A DNA stretch of 64,000 bases from contig WGFI01000094.1 in assembly GCA_015492295.1 (NCBI GenBank), forward strand, positions 8,560 through 72,559, written 5' to 3'. Position numbers and translations under genes: made by a program. This DNA is from a candidate division WOR-3 bacterium. GTDB lineage: Bacteria; Hydrothermota; Hydrothermia; LBFQ01. Positions 38,458-47,200 of the stretch are shown here, one piece after another. Under the pieces are notes generated by a model. It ran no database searches, was not told the origin of the DNA, and was given only the letters and a program-made list of their open reading frames with translations. How positions within the stretch are numbered: the stretch's first letter is position 1; each line of letters starts with the position of its first letter.

Positions 38458-39156
38458 ATGAAAAGGGTAATTTTAACATCTTTAAGCATAGGTTTGGTTC
38501 TTTATGCAACTGAGGCCTCAGGAGCGTGGATAGAGGGAGGAAATCCCATACCATCCGCCTTCACGAACATGATAGTGTATGACACGCCCGGAACATACAT
38601 CTGGACGGTTCCCGACGGTGTTTATAAGATAAAGGTGGAACTCTGGGGAGGCGGAGGAGCGGGGAATTATTATTCGTCATCGTACTACAGTGTTTATTGC
38701 GGAGGAGGAGCGGGAGGATACGGTTTGGCGATAATAGATGTAACCCCTTCAACGCCATGCGCCATAACGGTCGGTAGGGGAGGAACATCCGCAGGAGCGA
38801 ACGGTGAAAATACTACCATAACTTGTGGTTCCATAACATACACCGCTTATGGAGGTAAGGGAGCTTATTTAACCAGTTCTTCCTGCCATGGTGGTGAAGG
38901 GGGAGGAGCTACGACACCTTTCAGCATAAAGGGTATGTCTGGAGGTGTGTTTTATTATAACAGTAGTAGCCAAAAGTATATCGGTGCTACCATAGGCGGA
39001 TTCGCACCGAGAGGTGGAGCAGGGGCTTTTTATTACAATCCTTCTCTTTATGTTATTAGCGACTCCTCCTACGCGAGATTCCCAGGGGGAGGAGGTTTTT
39101 ATGGAGCACCTTTACACATCAAAGGCGCCAATGGAGCCGTGATAATCTGGTACTGA
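38458..39156 (+). CDS. Secreted glycine-rich domain protein (Gly_rich-like: WTVPDGVxxIKVELWGGGGAG)
   Basis: 232 aa with signal peptide MKRVILTSLSIGLVLYATEASGA. The motif TYIWTVPDGVYKIKVELWGGGGAGN...CGGGAGGYG, followed by poly-Gly/Ser/Thr, matches the Gly_rich family pattern. It has a strong SD (AAGGAGGTG). Confidence 0.5.
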   Translation: MKRVILTSLSIGLVLYATEASGAWIEGGNPIPSAFTNMIVYDTPGTYIWTVPDGVYKIKVELWGGGGAGNYYSSSYYSVYCGGGAGGYGLAIIDVTPSTPCAITVGRGGTSAGANGENTTITCGSITYTAYGGKGAYLTSSSCHGGEGGGATTPFSIKGMSGGVFYYNSSSQKYIGATIGGFAPRGGAGAFYYNPSLYVISDSSYARFPGGGGFYGAPLHIKGANGAVIIWY

Positions 39157-39222
39157 TTTAATACCCGCCGAAGCCTTTTGCCAAAATGATTGGCAAAGTA
39201 AAGTGCTTTATAATGTGCATCT

Positions 39223-40749
39223 ATGATCTGGATGATACTTTCGCAGTATTGGACGCATTATGGGGGAAATCCCCGCCATACGGGTGTTCAAGGTCTCGCA
39301 GGTGGAATGACGAGTATATATGTTAGATGGAAAAGCTATCTATGGACGAGATCATTTCTCGGAATACATGGCTCTCCTGTGATATGCAATGTAACCAATA
39401 CCTCACCGGGGGGCGAAGTTATCGTTCGTGTCGTTAATAATTCCTACTCCAACCTCGTGAAGGTGTATGATGGGAGGTTTGGAACCGTTATATGGACGAA
39501 GTACCTGGGAAGCGGTACGGAGTATGCCACACCTGCCTGTGGAGATCTGAACCTTGATGGCTTAGATGATATAGTGGTTAGAACGAGTAATTCAATAGTG
39601 GCGCTCAGAGGGTACGATGGTAATACTTTGTGGAGCGTATCCGTGGCCAATATGAATTCTTCCCCGGTGGTTGAAGATGTTGTGCCTTCATCATCCGGCC
39701 CAGAGGTGATATATCTGGATCTGAATGCCTTCAATCGTCCCGTACTTTATGTTAGATCAAGAACGGGAAGCGTAATATGGTCAAGGACACTTAGTAATTC
39801 GGAAACTCTCATAGGATACGATGGACAACCCGTGTATTCCACTCCCGCCGTCGGTGATCTTGATGGTGATGGAAACTTGGAAATAGTGATAAAAACGCGT
39901 TCCAACGGTTTGAGGGCATACGATGGGAGGAACGGTTCCCTCAAATGGGTTTATAGTCTGAGTTCAACTTCAAACGCCCAAACTCCAACGCTTATAGATC
40001 TAAACAGAGATGGAAGAAAGGATGTGATATTCTCCGAGGGTCTGTACGCCACCTATCATGATAGGTACCTGAAAGCCGTAAATCACAATGGATCCTTTAT
40101 GTGGCAACTGGATCTCGGAGGTTATATGGCGGGTATAGGATTTGAATACTTCGCAAGCGTTGATATTGATGGGAATAGGTATCCCGAAATATTTCTCGGT
40201 AGGGATCAATATGTACTTCGTGTAAATCAAAATGGTTCATCCGCTTTCGTTCAATGGGCCTTTGGACCCGAGGGGAACTCCTGCTGGGATGCGAGTGTGG
40301 TGATTATAGACATAAACAACGACGGGAACTGGGAAATAGTGAAGACTTGCGACGGTGATCTGGCTCCGCCGGGAAAGATAAGAATTTTCAGGGCATCAAA
40401 TGGAAGCATAATATGGAGTGGAGAGCATGGGTGTTATACAGATCCAAGTGTCGCCGCCGGTGATGTTGATGGGGATGGATGCTCAGAGATAGTATATATA
40501 AAATGTACGAGTACGCTTGATAGCGTATATGTTCTTGACGGTCCGGTATCGCCATGCAGGATACTTTCAGAGGATAGGGAGCTTGACATCGTAGAATCGC
40601 GAAAGACATTGGAGTACAAAAATGCCCTATTGTATTCCGTGGATGGAAGATACATAGGAAGATACGATGAAAAATCGTCCGAATCTTTAAAGCCGGGGGT
40701 GTATTTCATAACGGATGGAAGGAGATACAAAACCTTAATAATAAGATGA
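39223..40749 (+). CDS. FG-GAP/VCBS-repeat beta-propeller protein with T9SS-type C-terminal domain
   Basis: 508 aa. At least six Ca-binding-like blade motifs are present: DLNLDGLDDIVV, DLDGDGNLEIVI, DLNRDGRKDVIF, DIDGNRYPEIFL, DINNDGNWEIVK and DVDGDGCSEIVY. The C-terminus is LYSVDGRYIGRY...PGVYFITDGRRYKTLIIR. The N-terminus lacks a clear signal peptide, so the start is uncertain. Confidence 0.6.
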   Translation: MIWMILSQYWTHYGGNPRHTGVQGLAGGMTSIYVRWKSYLWTRSFLGIHGSPVICNVTNTSPGGEVIVRVVNNSYSNLVKVYDGRFGTVIWTKYLGSGTEYATPACGDLNLDGLDDIVVRTSNSIVALRGYDGNTLWSVSVANMNSSPVVEDVVPSSSGPEVIYLDLNAFNRPVLYVRSRTGSVIWSRTLSNSETLIGYDGQPVYSTPAVGDLDGDGNLEIVIKTRSNGLRAYDGRNGSLKWVYSLSSTSNAQTPTLIDLNRDGRKDVIFSEGLYATYHDRYLKAVNHNGSFMWQLDLGGYMAGIGFEYFASVDIDGNRYPEIFLGRDQYVLRVNQNGSSAFVQWAFGPEGNSCWDASVVIIDINNDGNWEIVKTCDGDLAPPGKIRIFRASNGSIIWSGEHGCYTDPSVAAGDVDGDGCSEIVYIKCTSTLDSVYVLDGPVSPCRILSEDRELDIVESRKTLEYKNALLYSVDGRYIGRYDEKSSESLKPGVYFITDGRRYKTLIIR

Positions 40750-40795
40750 AAAACCCCTCTTGCAGAATTAAGAAAACAGCCTTAGAATATTAGCG

Positions 40796-41566
40796 TTGAG
40801 AAGGATAGCACTCATCATTCTTATAGTCTTACTGGCCGTAATAGCGGGAGGTGGCGCCGGTGTTGGTGTCGCATACTTTATAATAAAAAAGCAATTGGAA
40901 AATATACAGGTGGAAGTTGATACCACCAGAGATACAACATTATCCTTGGTGGATACCACTTTGAGCAAGGTTGTTGAGGAGGTTAAATCCCAAAAACCGA
41001 AGGTCAGTAAGGAGAAATTCGCCGCCAAAGATACCTCACCAACGCAAAATACTCAGGAGATTTTACCGATAAGCACCGAAAGCTCTCAAACCTCACAATC
41101 CAAGCAGGAAACCCTATCCTTAAACTTACCGACGACCAAAACCCCAACACAACCAAAAACATCCACAACGATACCCGATATAAAGGCTCCCACTATAAAT
41201 CTTGGAGAAAGCAACCTATCAGGAAATATAAACCTCAAACCCACGAAAAGCACACCCACCATGCCCGATATAACCCCTTCTCTAAGTGGAGGGTTATCGT
41301 TAAGCATAGAAACATTGAAGGAGGAGGATATTAAGAAGGTGTATTACACGCAGGGGAACATATCAAAGGCTGAGAGGATGGTCAGAAATGCCTTAAAGAA
41401 GAATCCCAACGATGCGGTGGCAAAGAAATATTTACGCATGATAAAACTTGAGAAAACGGCGCTGTCCTTGGAGGCTCAGGGAGATACGGAGGGAGCGAAA
41501 AGGGTTTGGAAACAGATACTTTCAATAGATCCAAATCATCCCAGAGCCAAATCTAAGGTTCAGTGA
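40796..41566 (+). CDS. Membrane-anchored protein with Thr/Pro/Ser-rich linker and C-terminal TPR-like domain
   Basis: 256 aa with a TTG start 6 nt after CCTTAGAATAT. It has an N-terminal TM (IALIILIVLLAVIAGGGAGVGVAYFII), a low-complexity T/P/S/Q linker and C-terminal TPR-like helices (AERMVRNALKKNPNDAVAKKYL...ILSIDPNHPRA). Confidence 0.45.
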   Translation: MRRIALIILIVLLAVIAGGGAGVGVAYFIIKKQLENIQVEVDTTRDTTLSLVDTTLSKVVEEVKSQKPKVSKEKFAAKDTSPTQNTQEILPISTESSQTSQSKQETLSLNLPTTKTPTQPKTSTTIPDIKAPTINLGESNLSGNINLKPTKSTPTMPDITPSLSGGLSLSIETLKEEDIKKVYYTQGNISKAERMVRNALKKNPNDAVAKKYLRMIKLEKTALSLEAQGDTEGAKRVWKQILSIDPNHPRAKSKVQ

Positions 41567-41574
41567 TTCGCACT

Positions 41575-42200
41575 CTAACACCTTTCCAAAATCAACTCAA
41601 TAGCCAGCGTTATTGCAAGAAAGATATCCCTTAAGGGGTTGATAAAAGACTTTTCCGAGCGTACAACACTTATAGGAACGAAATCCACCCTGAAACCTTT
41701 CCACAACGCCTTAACCAAAAGCTCAGACTCCATATCGTACCTATTCCTTGACAGTTCCAATTCTTCCAAAACCCTCCTCCTTATTACTCTGTATCCGCTT
41801 TGACTATCCTCCAACCTGCATCCCGTCATTATGGATATGAAGGTCGTAGTTATTCTGTTTGACAGTATCCTCATAAAACCCATATCCTTCATTCTCCTTC
41901 TGCGGGATCCTATGACTATGTCATTGTTTCTTATCTTTTTCAGAAAATCCTTAAAATGCTCCGCTTTATGCTGCCCATCCGCATCAACCGTAGCGAATAT
42001 AGTGTAATCCCTCCTAATTCCCCACTTAAAACCCTCCTTTAAAGCGAAACCCTTCCCCCTATTCGTCGGTAATCTTATACAATTGACACCGAACCTCTTA
42101 CATAACTCCCCCACATCGCACCCCGAACCATCATCCACGACCAATATATCAAAACCGAACTTCCCCCATTCCCTTAAAACATCTTCAAGTTCTGGAAGGC
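41575..42200 (-). CDS. Glycosyltransferase family 2 (Dpm1/polyprenol-phosphate glycosyltransferase-like); start codon unclear
   Basis: The listed ORF (41575..42144) begins MVVDDGSG from a TTG. The frame is open upstream and encodes ...KILIIIPCYNCLPELEDVLREWGKFGFDILVVDDGSG, the classic GT2 N-terminus. No ATG, GTG or TTG start lies before the in-frame stop at about 42260, so a CTG/ATT start or a sequencing error is likely. DAD and a QxxGYR-like motif (SQSGYRVIRR) are present. Confidence 0.6.
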
Positions 42201-42221
42201 AGTTATAACATGGTATTATTA

Positions 42222-42644
42222 TCAGAATTTTTTCTGGATTTCCTCCCAGGTGGTTATTGTATGGTAGAAAACCTTATCCCCATCATGAACTCCTCGTATC
42301 ACCTCAGTAATATGAACATGGGTCGCCCCAAACTCCTTGACCGCATATTCAACCGCATGCTCCGGCAAAGCATTATCTCCGCAGGTGTATATATCTATGG
42401 CTGCGTACCCAACCTCAGGCCAGGTGTGTATGGATATGTGAGACTCAGCTATAACTATAACTCCACTGACACCCGAAGGAGGAAACCTATGGAAGGATAT
42501 CGTCCAGATGGTTACCCTCGCCTTCTCGGCGGCCTTGGTGAGTATATCCTGAACCTTTTGTATGTTTCCAATTATCTCGGGGTTGCACCCCGAAGCCTCC
42601 ACTATATAATGCTCCCCCACCGTGGTATGCACCAATTCCTTCAA
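42222..42644 (-). CDS. speH: S-adenosylmethionine decarboxylase proenzyme (class 1b, SpeH)
   Basis: The protein reads LKELVHTTVGEHYIVEASGCN...VIAESHISIHTWPEVGYAAIDIYTCG, with the ES|S self-processing site and TWPE motif. The true start is the TTG at 42642-42644, 7 nt after the SD AAGGAGGT. The listed ORF start (42728) reads through tRNA-Leu and is an artefact. Confidence 0.8.
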   Translation of the reverse strand: MKELVHTTVGEHYIVEASGCNPEIIGNIQKVQDILTKAAEKARVTIWTISFHRFPPSGVSGVIVIAESHISIHTWPEVGYAAIDIYTCGDNALPEHAVEYAVKEFGATHVHITEVIRGVHDGDKVFYHTITTWEEIQKKF

Positions 42645-42687
42645 TTGCTCTACCTCCTTTTTAAGGCGACCCCTACGGAACTCGGTA

Positions 42688-42771
42688 TGCCGGGGGCGGG
42701 ACTTGAACCCGCACGGGCCAAAGCCCACTAGGTCCTGAACCTAGCGCGTCTGCCAATTCCGCCACCCCGGC
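42688..42771 (-). tRNA. tRNA-Leu (anticodon CAG), type II with long variable arm
   Basis: The reverse complement is GCCGGGGTGGCGGAATTGGCAGACGCGCTAGGTTCAGGACCTAGTGGGCTTTGGCCCGTGCGGGTTCAAGTCCCGCCCCCGGCA. It has a perfect 7-bp acceptor stem, anticodon loop TTCAGGA, a variable stem-loop GGGC-TTTG-GCCC and T-loop TTCAAGT. CCA is not encoded. Confidence 0.85.
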
Positions 42772-42778
42772 GAAGCGG

Positions 42779-42789
42779 ATATTTTAAGG
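42779..42789 (-). promoter_or_regulatory. CCTTAAAATAT promoter-like element, 7 nt upstream of the mature tRNA-Leu 5' end
   Basis: This is the same motif as upstream of the CDS starts. The spacing places the TSS at about the tRNA +1. Confidence 0.45.
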
Positions 42790-43015
42790 TTGATATACTT
42801 TTAAAACACCAAAACATTTCACCCTTATAATACCCAGTAAAGGAGGTATAACCATGGAGAAAAGGGAAGACAGAAGAGTTCCAAGATTAACGGAAAGGAA
42901 GCCTTATGAAAAGCCGGCCATACTGGGTAGGTCAAGCAGTAAGGGTGGAAACATACTCATAACCTACCCATAATCGGGGGGTCGGTGGCGTTGTAGTTGT
43001 AATTTTTAGTGAATT

Positions 43016-44086
43016 TTGAGAAGAAGGCTTTATTTTGTTGATTGGTTAAAGGGTTTGTTCGTTATATGGATGGTTCCCACCCATGCCTTTGACGGTCTGT
43101 TTCCAAATGTTCTGAAATCCACAGAACTGTACTCCTCAATCGCATTTTTCAACGGTTTGGTTGCACCTGCATTCTTAGTATCGTCGGGATTTTTGGCGTT
43201 ATACACATTCAATGAGACGAAATTTTTCCCGAGATTGAGAAGGGGCATTGAGCTTATGGCATTTGGATACGCCACCCAATTGCCTTTCAAGTCCCTTTTC
43301 AAGACACTGGAACATGTTTATCTTTACGCAATAGGAAACGCGCCTGAATATTTTGAGAGATCTTTAAGAATATTTCAGAGGGTTGAGATTTTAATATGCA
43401 TAGGTTCGGGTGCCATTGCCATAACCTTGGTTTTGAGATTTATAAAAAGGAATGAATATAGGTTTGTAATGTTTCTTTTCTTGGCGTTTCTCTTTTGGTT
43501 TTTAACGCCTCTTATGAACGATGTTGGAAAGAATTTACCCATGTTTATAAAGCCTTATTTTACCTTTGAGGGTTCTCTATTCCCTATATTCCCATATTGG
43601 GGATATATGTTCTTTGGAAGCGCCTTATCAGCAGCTTACCTTATGAATAAAAAACTCTTCCTATTAACCACATTGATTCCCCTTTCCTTCGTTTTCCTAA
43701 ATGTATTTTGTCATTTCTCTCGGGATGAGACCTTTTTGCCATACATACTTCTGAAAATCGGAGTCCTTATTATTATCATCTATGTTTTAAAGTACGCCGA
43801 GGCTGTGGGATTTAGATTCAAACCAATAGCAATTCTCGGTAGAAACTCCCTTTTATCCTATGCTTTTCACAATACGATCGTATATGGAAGTCCATTCACA
43901 AAACCGTTGAGATATTACTACGGTTATCAATCCTGGGAAGGTGGCTTGATCCTGGGCGGTTTAACCTTATTATTAACCGTGGTGTTTATAATATCCTGGG
44001 ATAGACTTAGGCATAGATACGGTAGTCTCCCAGCCAGACGATTCTGGATTCTCGTATCTCTGATATTCTTACTTTCCCCGTTCTGA
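43016..44086 (+). CDS. Polytopic membrane protein (DUF1624/acyltransferase-3-like; HGSNAT-type N-terminus)
   Basis: 356 aa with a TTG start. The N-terminal YFVDWLKGLFVIWMVPTHAF resembles the DxxRG/DWLKG start of the DUF1624/acyltransferase-3 families. About 9 TM helices are predicted. Confidence 0.4.
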   Translation: MRRRLYFVDWLKGLFVIWMVPTHAFDGLFPNVLKSTELYSSIAFFNGLVAPAFLVSSGFLALYTFNETKFFPRLRRGIELMAFGYATQLPFKSLFKTLEHVYLYAIGNAPEYFERSLRIFQRVEILICIGSGAIAITLVLRFIKRNEYRFVMFLFLAFLFWFLTPLMNDVGKNLPMFIKPYFTFEGSLFPIFPYWGYMFFGSALSAAYLMNKKLFLLTTLIPLSFVFLNVFCHFSRDETFLPYILLKIGVLIIIIYVLKYAEAVGFRFKPIAILGRNSLLSYAFHNTIVYGSPFTKPLRYYYGYQSWEGGLILGGLTLLLTVVFIISWDRLRHRYGSLPARRFWILVSLIFLLSPF

Positions 44087-44108
44087 TTACCACCATAAAA
44101 TACCCACT

Positions 44109-45461
44109 ATGCTTAAAGATAAACTCCTTTCCATAGGTGAAGATATAATTAAACTCGCGGATAACGATGGAACGGAAGTTTTAATATACGGTGAGAGGAG
44201 CAGGTTGGTAAGATACGCATTATCAAGGATACATCAGAACACCGATGTTGAAGATATAAGGATCTCTTTGAGAGTCAGGTTCGGCAAGAGGAGTGCGGTC
44301 GTTTCATCATCTTTCAAAGGGGATAAGGAGGATCTCATAAGTCTGGTTAGAAGAGCTGAGAAATTAGCGAGATTATCACCCGAGGACCCAGAACTTCCTG
44401 AACTTCCAGATGCTGATAAGATAGAGGCGACACTTGATACATTTGACGAATACACGGCAAACATACCTGAGGAAGATATAATAAATATAGCGTGGAATGT
44501 GATCAAAAATACCCCCAAGCCTTTTGAAGCTTACGGTGTCGTATCTGGAGGATCCTTGGAATATGTATATCTAACCTCCTCGGGATTTGAAGGATACAAC
44601 GCTCTGACCGACGCCCATATAAAGTACAACCCTATAAGTGGAACCCACAGCTACTTGGTTCAGAGGTCCGCGAGGACATTTAAGGAGCTCTCCATCGCCG
44701 ATGTGCTCAGTAGCGTGGAGGATAGATTGAAGTTGATTTTAAATCCAAAGGATGCGATACCCGGAAAATGGGATGTTATACTTGAACCTTTGGCGATTGA
44801 GGAGTTAATCAATTACATCAATTGGGTGGCATTCTCCGGGAAATCGGCGGTTGAAGGGAGATCGCCTTTAATAAATAAGGTGGGACAGAAAGTCTTTTCC
44901 GAGAATCTTACCATAATTGATGATCCCCTGAATCCTCGCGGATATCCTTTGCCCTTTGATTTTGAGGGGGTAAAAAAGGGAATAACCCCCGTTGTAGAAA
45001 GAGGTGTTTTCAAGAACTTTGCTCATGATAAGATAACCTCAAAGAAGATGAATACGAGTACGAACGCATGCGCCTTGCCCTTTACCAATCATCCTATGTT
45101 TATGAACATACATATACTCGGAGGTAGAAGCAGCTACGATGAGATTATAAGCAAGGTGGAGAGGGGATTGATAATAACGAGATTCTGGTATGTCAATCTC
45201 GTTGATCTGCAAACGCTAACATTCACGGGTATGACTCGTGATGGAGTGTTTATAGTGGAAAACGGTGAGATAAGAGGAAGTATGAAGAATCTGCGATTTA
45301 ACGAGAGTATGTTCAAAGCCCTATCAAACATCGTTGAGATTTCAAAGGAGGAGGAGCTTGTAGGAAACACCTCATGGTACGACATACACTTCCCGTCGGG
45401 AGTTATAGTGCCTTATATATGGATAAAAGATTTTAACTTCTCATCTCCCACTACTTTCTAA
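44109..45461 (+). CDS. TldD/PmbA-family metalloprotease-like protein
   Basis: 450 aa. The N-terminal PmbA_TldD region (VLIYGERSRLVRYALSRIHQNTDVEDIRISLRV) and the C-terminal conserved G-rich motifs (HILGGRSSYDEIISKVERGLIITRFWYVN) are present. Confidence 0.65.
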   Translation: MLKDKLLSIGEDIIKLADNDGTEVLIYGERSRLVRYALSRIHQNTDVEDIRISLRVRFGKRSAVVSSSFKGDKEDLISLVRRAEKLARLSPEDPELPELPDADKIEATLDTFDEYTANIPEEDIINIAWNVIKNTPKPFEAYGVVSGGSLEYVYLTSSGFEGYNALTDAHIKYNPISGTHSYLVQRSARTFKELSIADVLSSVEDRLKLILNPKDAIPGKWDVILEPLAIEELINYINWVAFSGKSAVEGRSPLINKVGQKVFSENLTIIDDPLNPRGYPLPFDFEGVKKGITPVVERGVFKNFAHDKITSKKMNTSTNACALPFTNHPMFMNIHILGGRSSYDEIISKVERGLIITRFWYVNLVDLQTLTFTGMTRDGVFIVENGEIRGSMKNLRFNESMFKALSNIVEISKEEELVGNTSWYDIHFPSGVIVPYIWIKDFNFSSPTTF

Positions 45462-45977
45462 GCCCCCGAACTTCTTAACCAACGGATAGAAAGCATTCTT
45501 ACAGCCATCCTTCAAGGCATCGCCGTAGCTTTCATAAGATTGGCCATAAGCGGTTGCAACATAGAGGATCCTCCCGGTTTTTACATCCACGATCTTGGCG
45601 GAAACCTTTACGGTATAGGAATCAAAATCCCTCGTTTGACTTACAGGTTCAACGAACGCTATCATTGAGGCTCCCAAGAGTTTTCCAACTTCAACGGCCG
45701 TATTCTCATCAACCAACCCGGAATAGCCGAACTCCTGCTCTTCCAGTATCTCATCTATCTTTTGCCTGTCTATGACATCAAACTTCCCCGTCCTTAAAAG
45801 ATTCATCGCGGCCTCATCGTACAGTACATCATCCTCCGTGAATATGGCTATGGTTTTTATGGTATCAAGTTTCATCATAGGGGAGATCGTATAATCAACG
45901 GCCATTTCCCTGAATTTCTTTTCCAAAGATGCGCAGGATAGGAGAACAACTGAGAAAAGTATCAAAAACCTTTTCAT
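45441..45977 (-). CDS. Lipoprotein with CsgG/LpoB/TolB-N-like fold signature
   Basis: 178 aa with a lipoprotein signal and lipobox (LLSCAS). The pattern KFDVIDRQKIDEILEEQEFGYSGLVDENTAVEVGKLLGASMIAFV matches the (R/E)xxLxxVLxEQ...G..lGA..ii.G signature shared by the CsgG, LpoB and FlgO families. Confidence 0.4.
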   Translation of the reverse strand: MKRFLILFSVVLLSCASLEKKFREMAVDYTISPMMKLDTIKTIAIFTEDDVLYDEAAMNLLRTGKFDVIDRQKIDEILEEQEFGYSGLVDENTAVEVGKLLGASMIAFVEPVSQTRDFDSYTVKVSAKIVDVKTGRILYVATAYGQSYESYGDALKDGCKNAFYPLVKKFGGLESSGR

Positions 45978-46011
45978 AAGTTGTATATTTTACAGGTGTA
46001 TAATTACAAAT

Positions 46012-46410
46012 ATGAGGTGGTTTATTATGCTCATTCTTATGTTAGGATGCTCTACGCTCAAAAGCAAGAGGGGCAAAGAGATTCATAAGGATGTTCCGAA
46101 GAGCGCCTTTGAAGTTTTCAATAACTTCCAATGTAATAGGTGTCATAAGCTTCCTCCAACAGATTTCACAGATTACGGAAAGGATATTTTAAGCAAGGGA
46201 TACGGATGCATTTCCTTACAAACCTTGGCCAAGCAGCATAAACTTTCAGGAGAGGCGAGGAGGATCTTCGTGGAAAGTGGTTGCGTGGAATGTCATGATA
46301 TAAACGGAAACGGGTTCGGTAAGGCAAATCTCAACGAATTTGGCTTGAAGGTTCAGGATAAAGACTTAGGATGCGTAGGTACTTTTAAAAGGTTGTTAGG
46401 CGAAGATTAG
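46012..46410 (+). CDS. Small diheme c-type cytochrome lipoprotein
   Basis: 132 aa with lipoprotein signal MRWFIMLILMLGCST. It has two CxxCH motifs (CNRCH, CVECH). The ATG is 7 nt after TATAAT. Confidence 0.6.
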   Translation: MRWFIMLILMLGCSTLKSKRGKEIHKDVPKSAFEVFNNFQCNRCHKLPPTDFTDYGKDILSKGYGCISLQTLAKQHKLSGEARRIFVESGCVECHDINGNGFGKANLNEFGLKVQDKDLGCVGTFKRLLGED

Positions 46411-46432
46411 TAAGTAGATTTTCATCCGTAGA

Positions 46433-47200
46433 ATGATGTGTTTTATGGAGGTTAAAATAGAAGTTAAAGGTTTGAATTTCTATTACGGTCAAAAGCAGGT
46501 TCTTTACAATATAAGCTTGCCCATATACAAGAATAAGATAACCGCGATAATAGGTCCTTCCGGTTGTGGAAAAACAACTTTCATAAGGGTACTGAATAGG
46601 ATGTACGAAACCGTTGAGGGAGCCAGAGCGGAAGGGGAGGTCATTCTTGATGGTGAAAACATTCTAAACAAGGATTACGATTTGATAAAGCTCAGATCCA
46701 AGGTTGGTATGGTATTCCAAAAGCCCAATCCCTTCCCGAAGTCCATATACGAAAATGTAGCTTTCGGTTTGAAGATAAGGGGGATTAGGAACAAGGATTT
46801 AATATACGAAAAGGTGAAGGATGCTCTTATAAAAGCCGCTTTATGGGATGAAGTGAAGGATAGGTTGAACGAAAACGCCTACTCCTTATCTGGGGGGCAG
46901 CAGCAGAGGTTATGCATAGCGAGGGCATTGGCGGTAAATCCTGAGGTATTACTGTTTGATGAGCCTACGAGTGCGATAGATCCGGTTGGAACGGCTAAGA
47001 TTGAAAGCCTTATGAAAGAGCTCTCAAAGAGCATTACGATAGTTCTGGTTACGCATGGTATGCATCAGGCTGCGAGAGTTTCCGATTTTACCGCATTTTT
47101 CCACAGCGGAAAACTCATAGAGTTTGCCCCCACACCTGAGCTCTTTGTAAAACCCAAAGAAAAATTGACGGAGGATTATATAACGGGTAAGTTTGGATAG
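46433..47200 (+). CDS. pstB: Phosphate ABC transporter ATP-binding protein PstB (orphan)
   Basis: 255 aa. Motifs are Walker [10 protein letters not shown], the PstB-specific [22 protein letters not shown], the signature LSGGQQQRL and Walker B LLFDEP. The true start is probably the ATG at 46445 (MEVKIEV). No pstSCA or phoU is adjacent. Confidence 0.8.
   Translation: MMCFMEVKIEVKGLNFYYGQKQVLYNISLPIYKNKITAIIGPSGCGKTTFIRVLNRMYETVEGARAEGEVILDGENILNKDYDLIKLRSKVGMVFQKPNPFPKSIYENVAFGLKIRGIRNKDLIYEKVKDALIKAALWDEVKDRLNENAYSLSGGQQQRLCIARALAVNPEVLLFDEPTSAIDPVGTAKIESLMKELSKSITIVLVTHGMHQAARVSDFTAFFHSGKLIEFAPTPELFVKPKEKLTEDYITGKFG

Noticed and set aside
39188-39310. Alternative upstream ATG (39188) as the start of the FG-GAP propeller gene, which would supply a signal peptide
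   Set aside because: It is in a different frame and terminates after about 40 codons. The propeller gene start therefore stays at 39223, and the absence of a signal peptide is noted as an open issue.
42210-42731. 173-aa plus-strand ORF listed across the tRNA-Leu and speH region
   Set aside because: It is antisense to speH and runs straight through a well-formed tRNA-Leu. It has no recognisable protein features and is a six-frame artefact.
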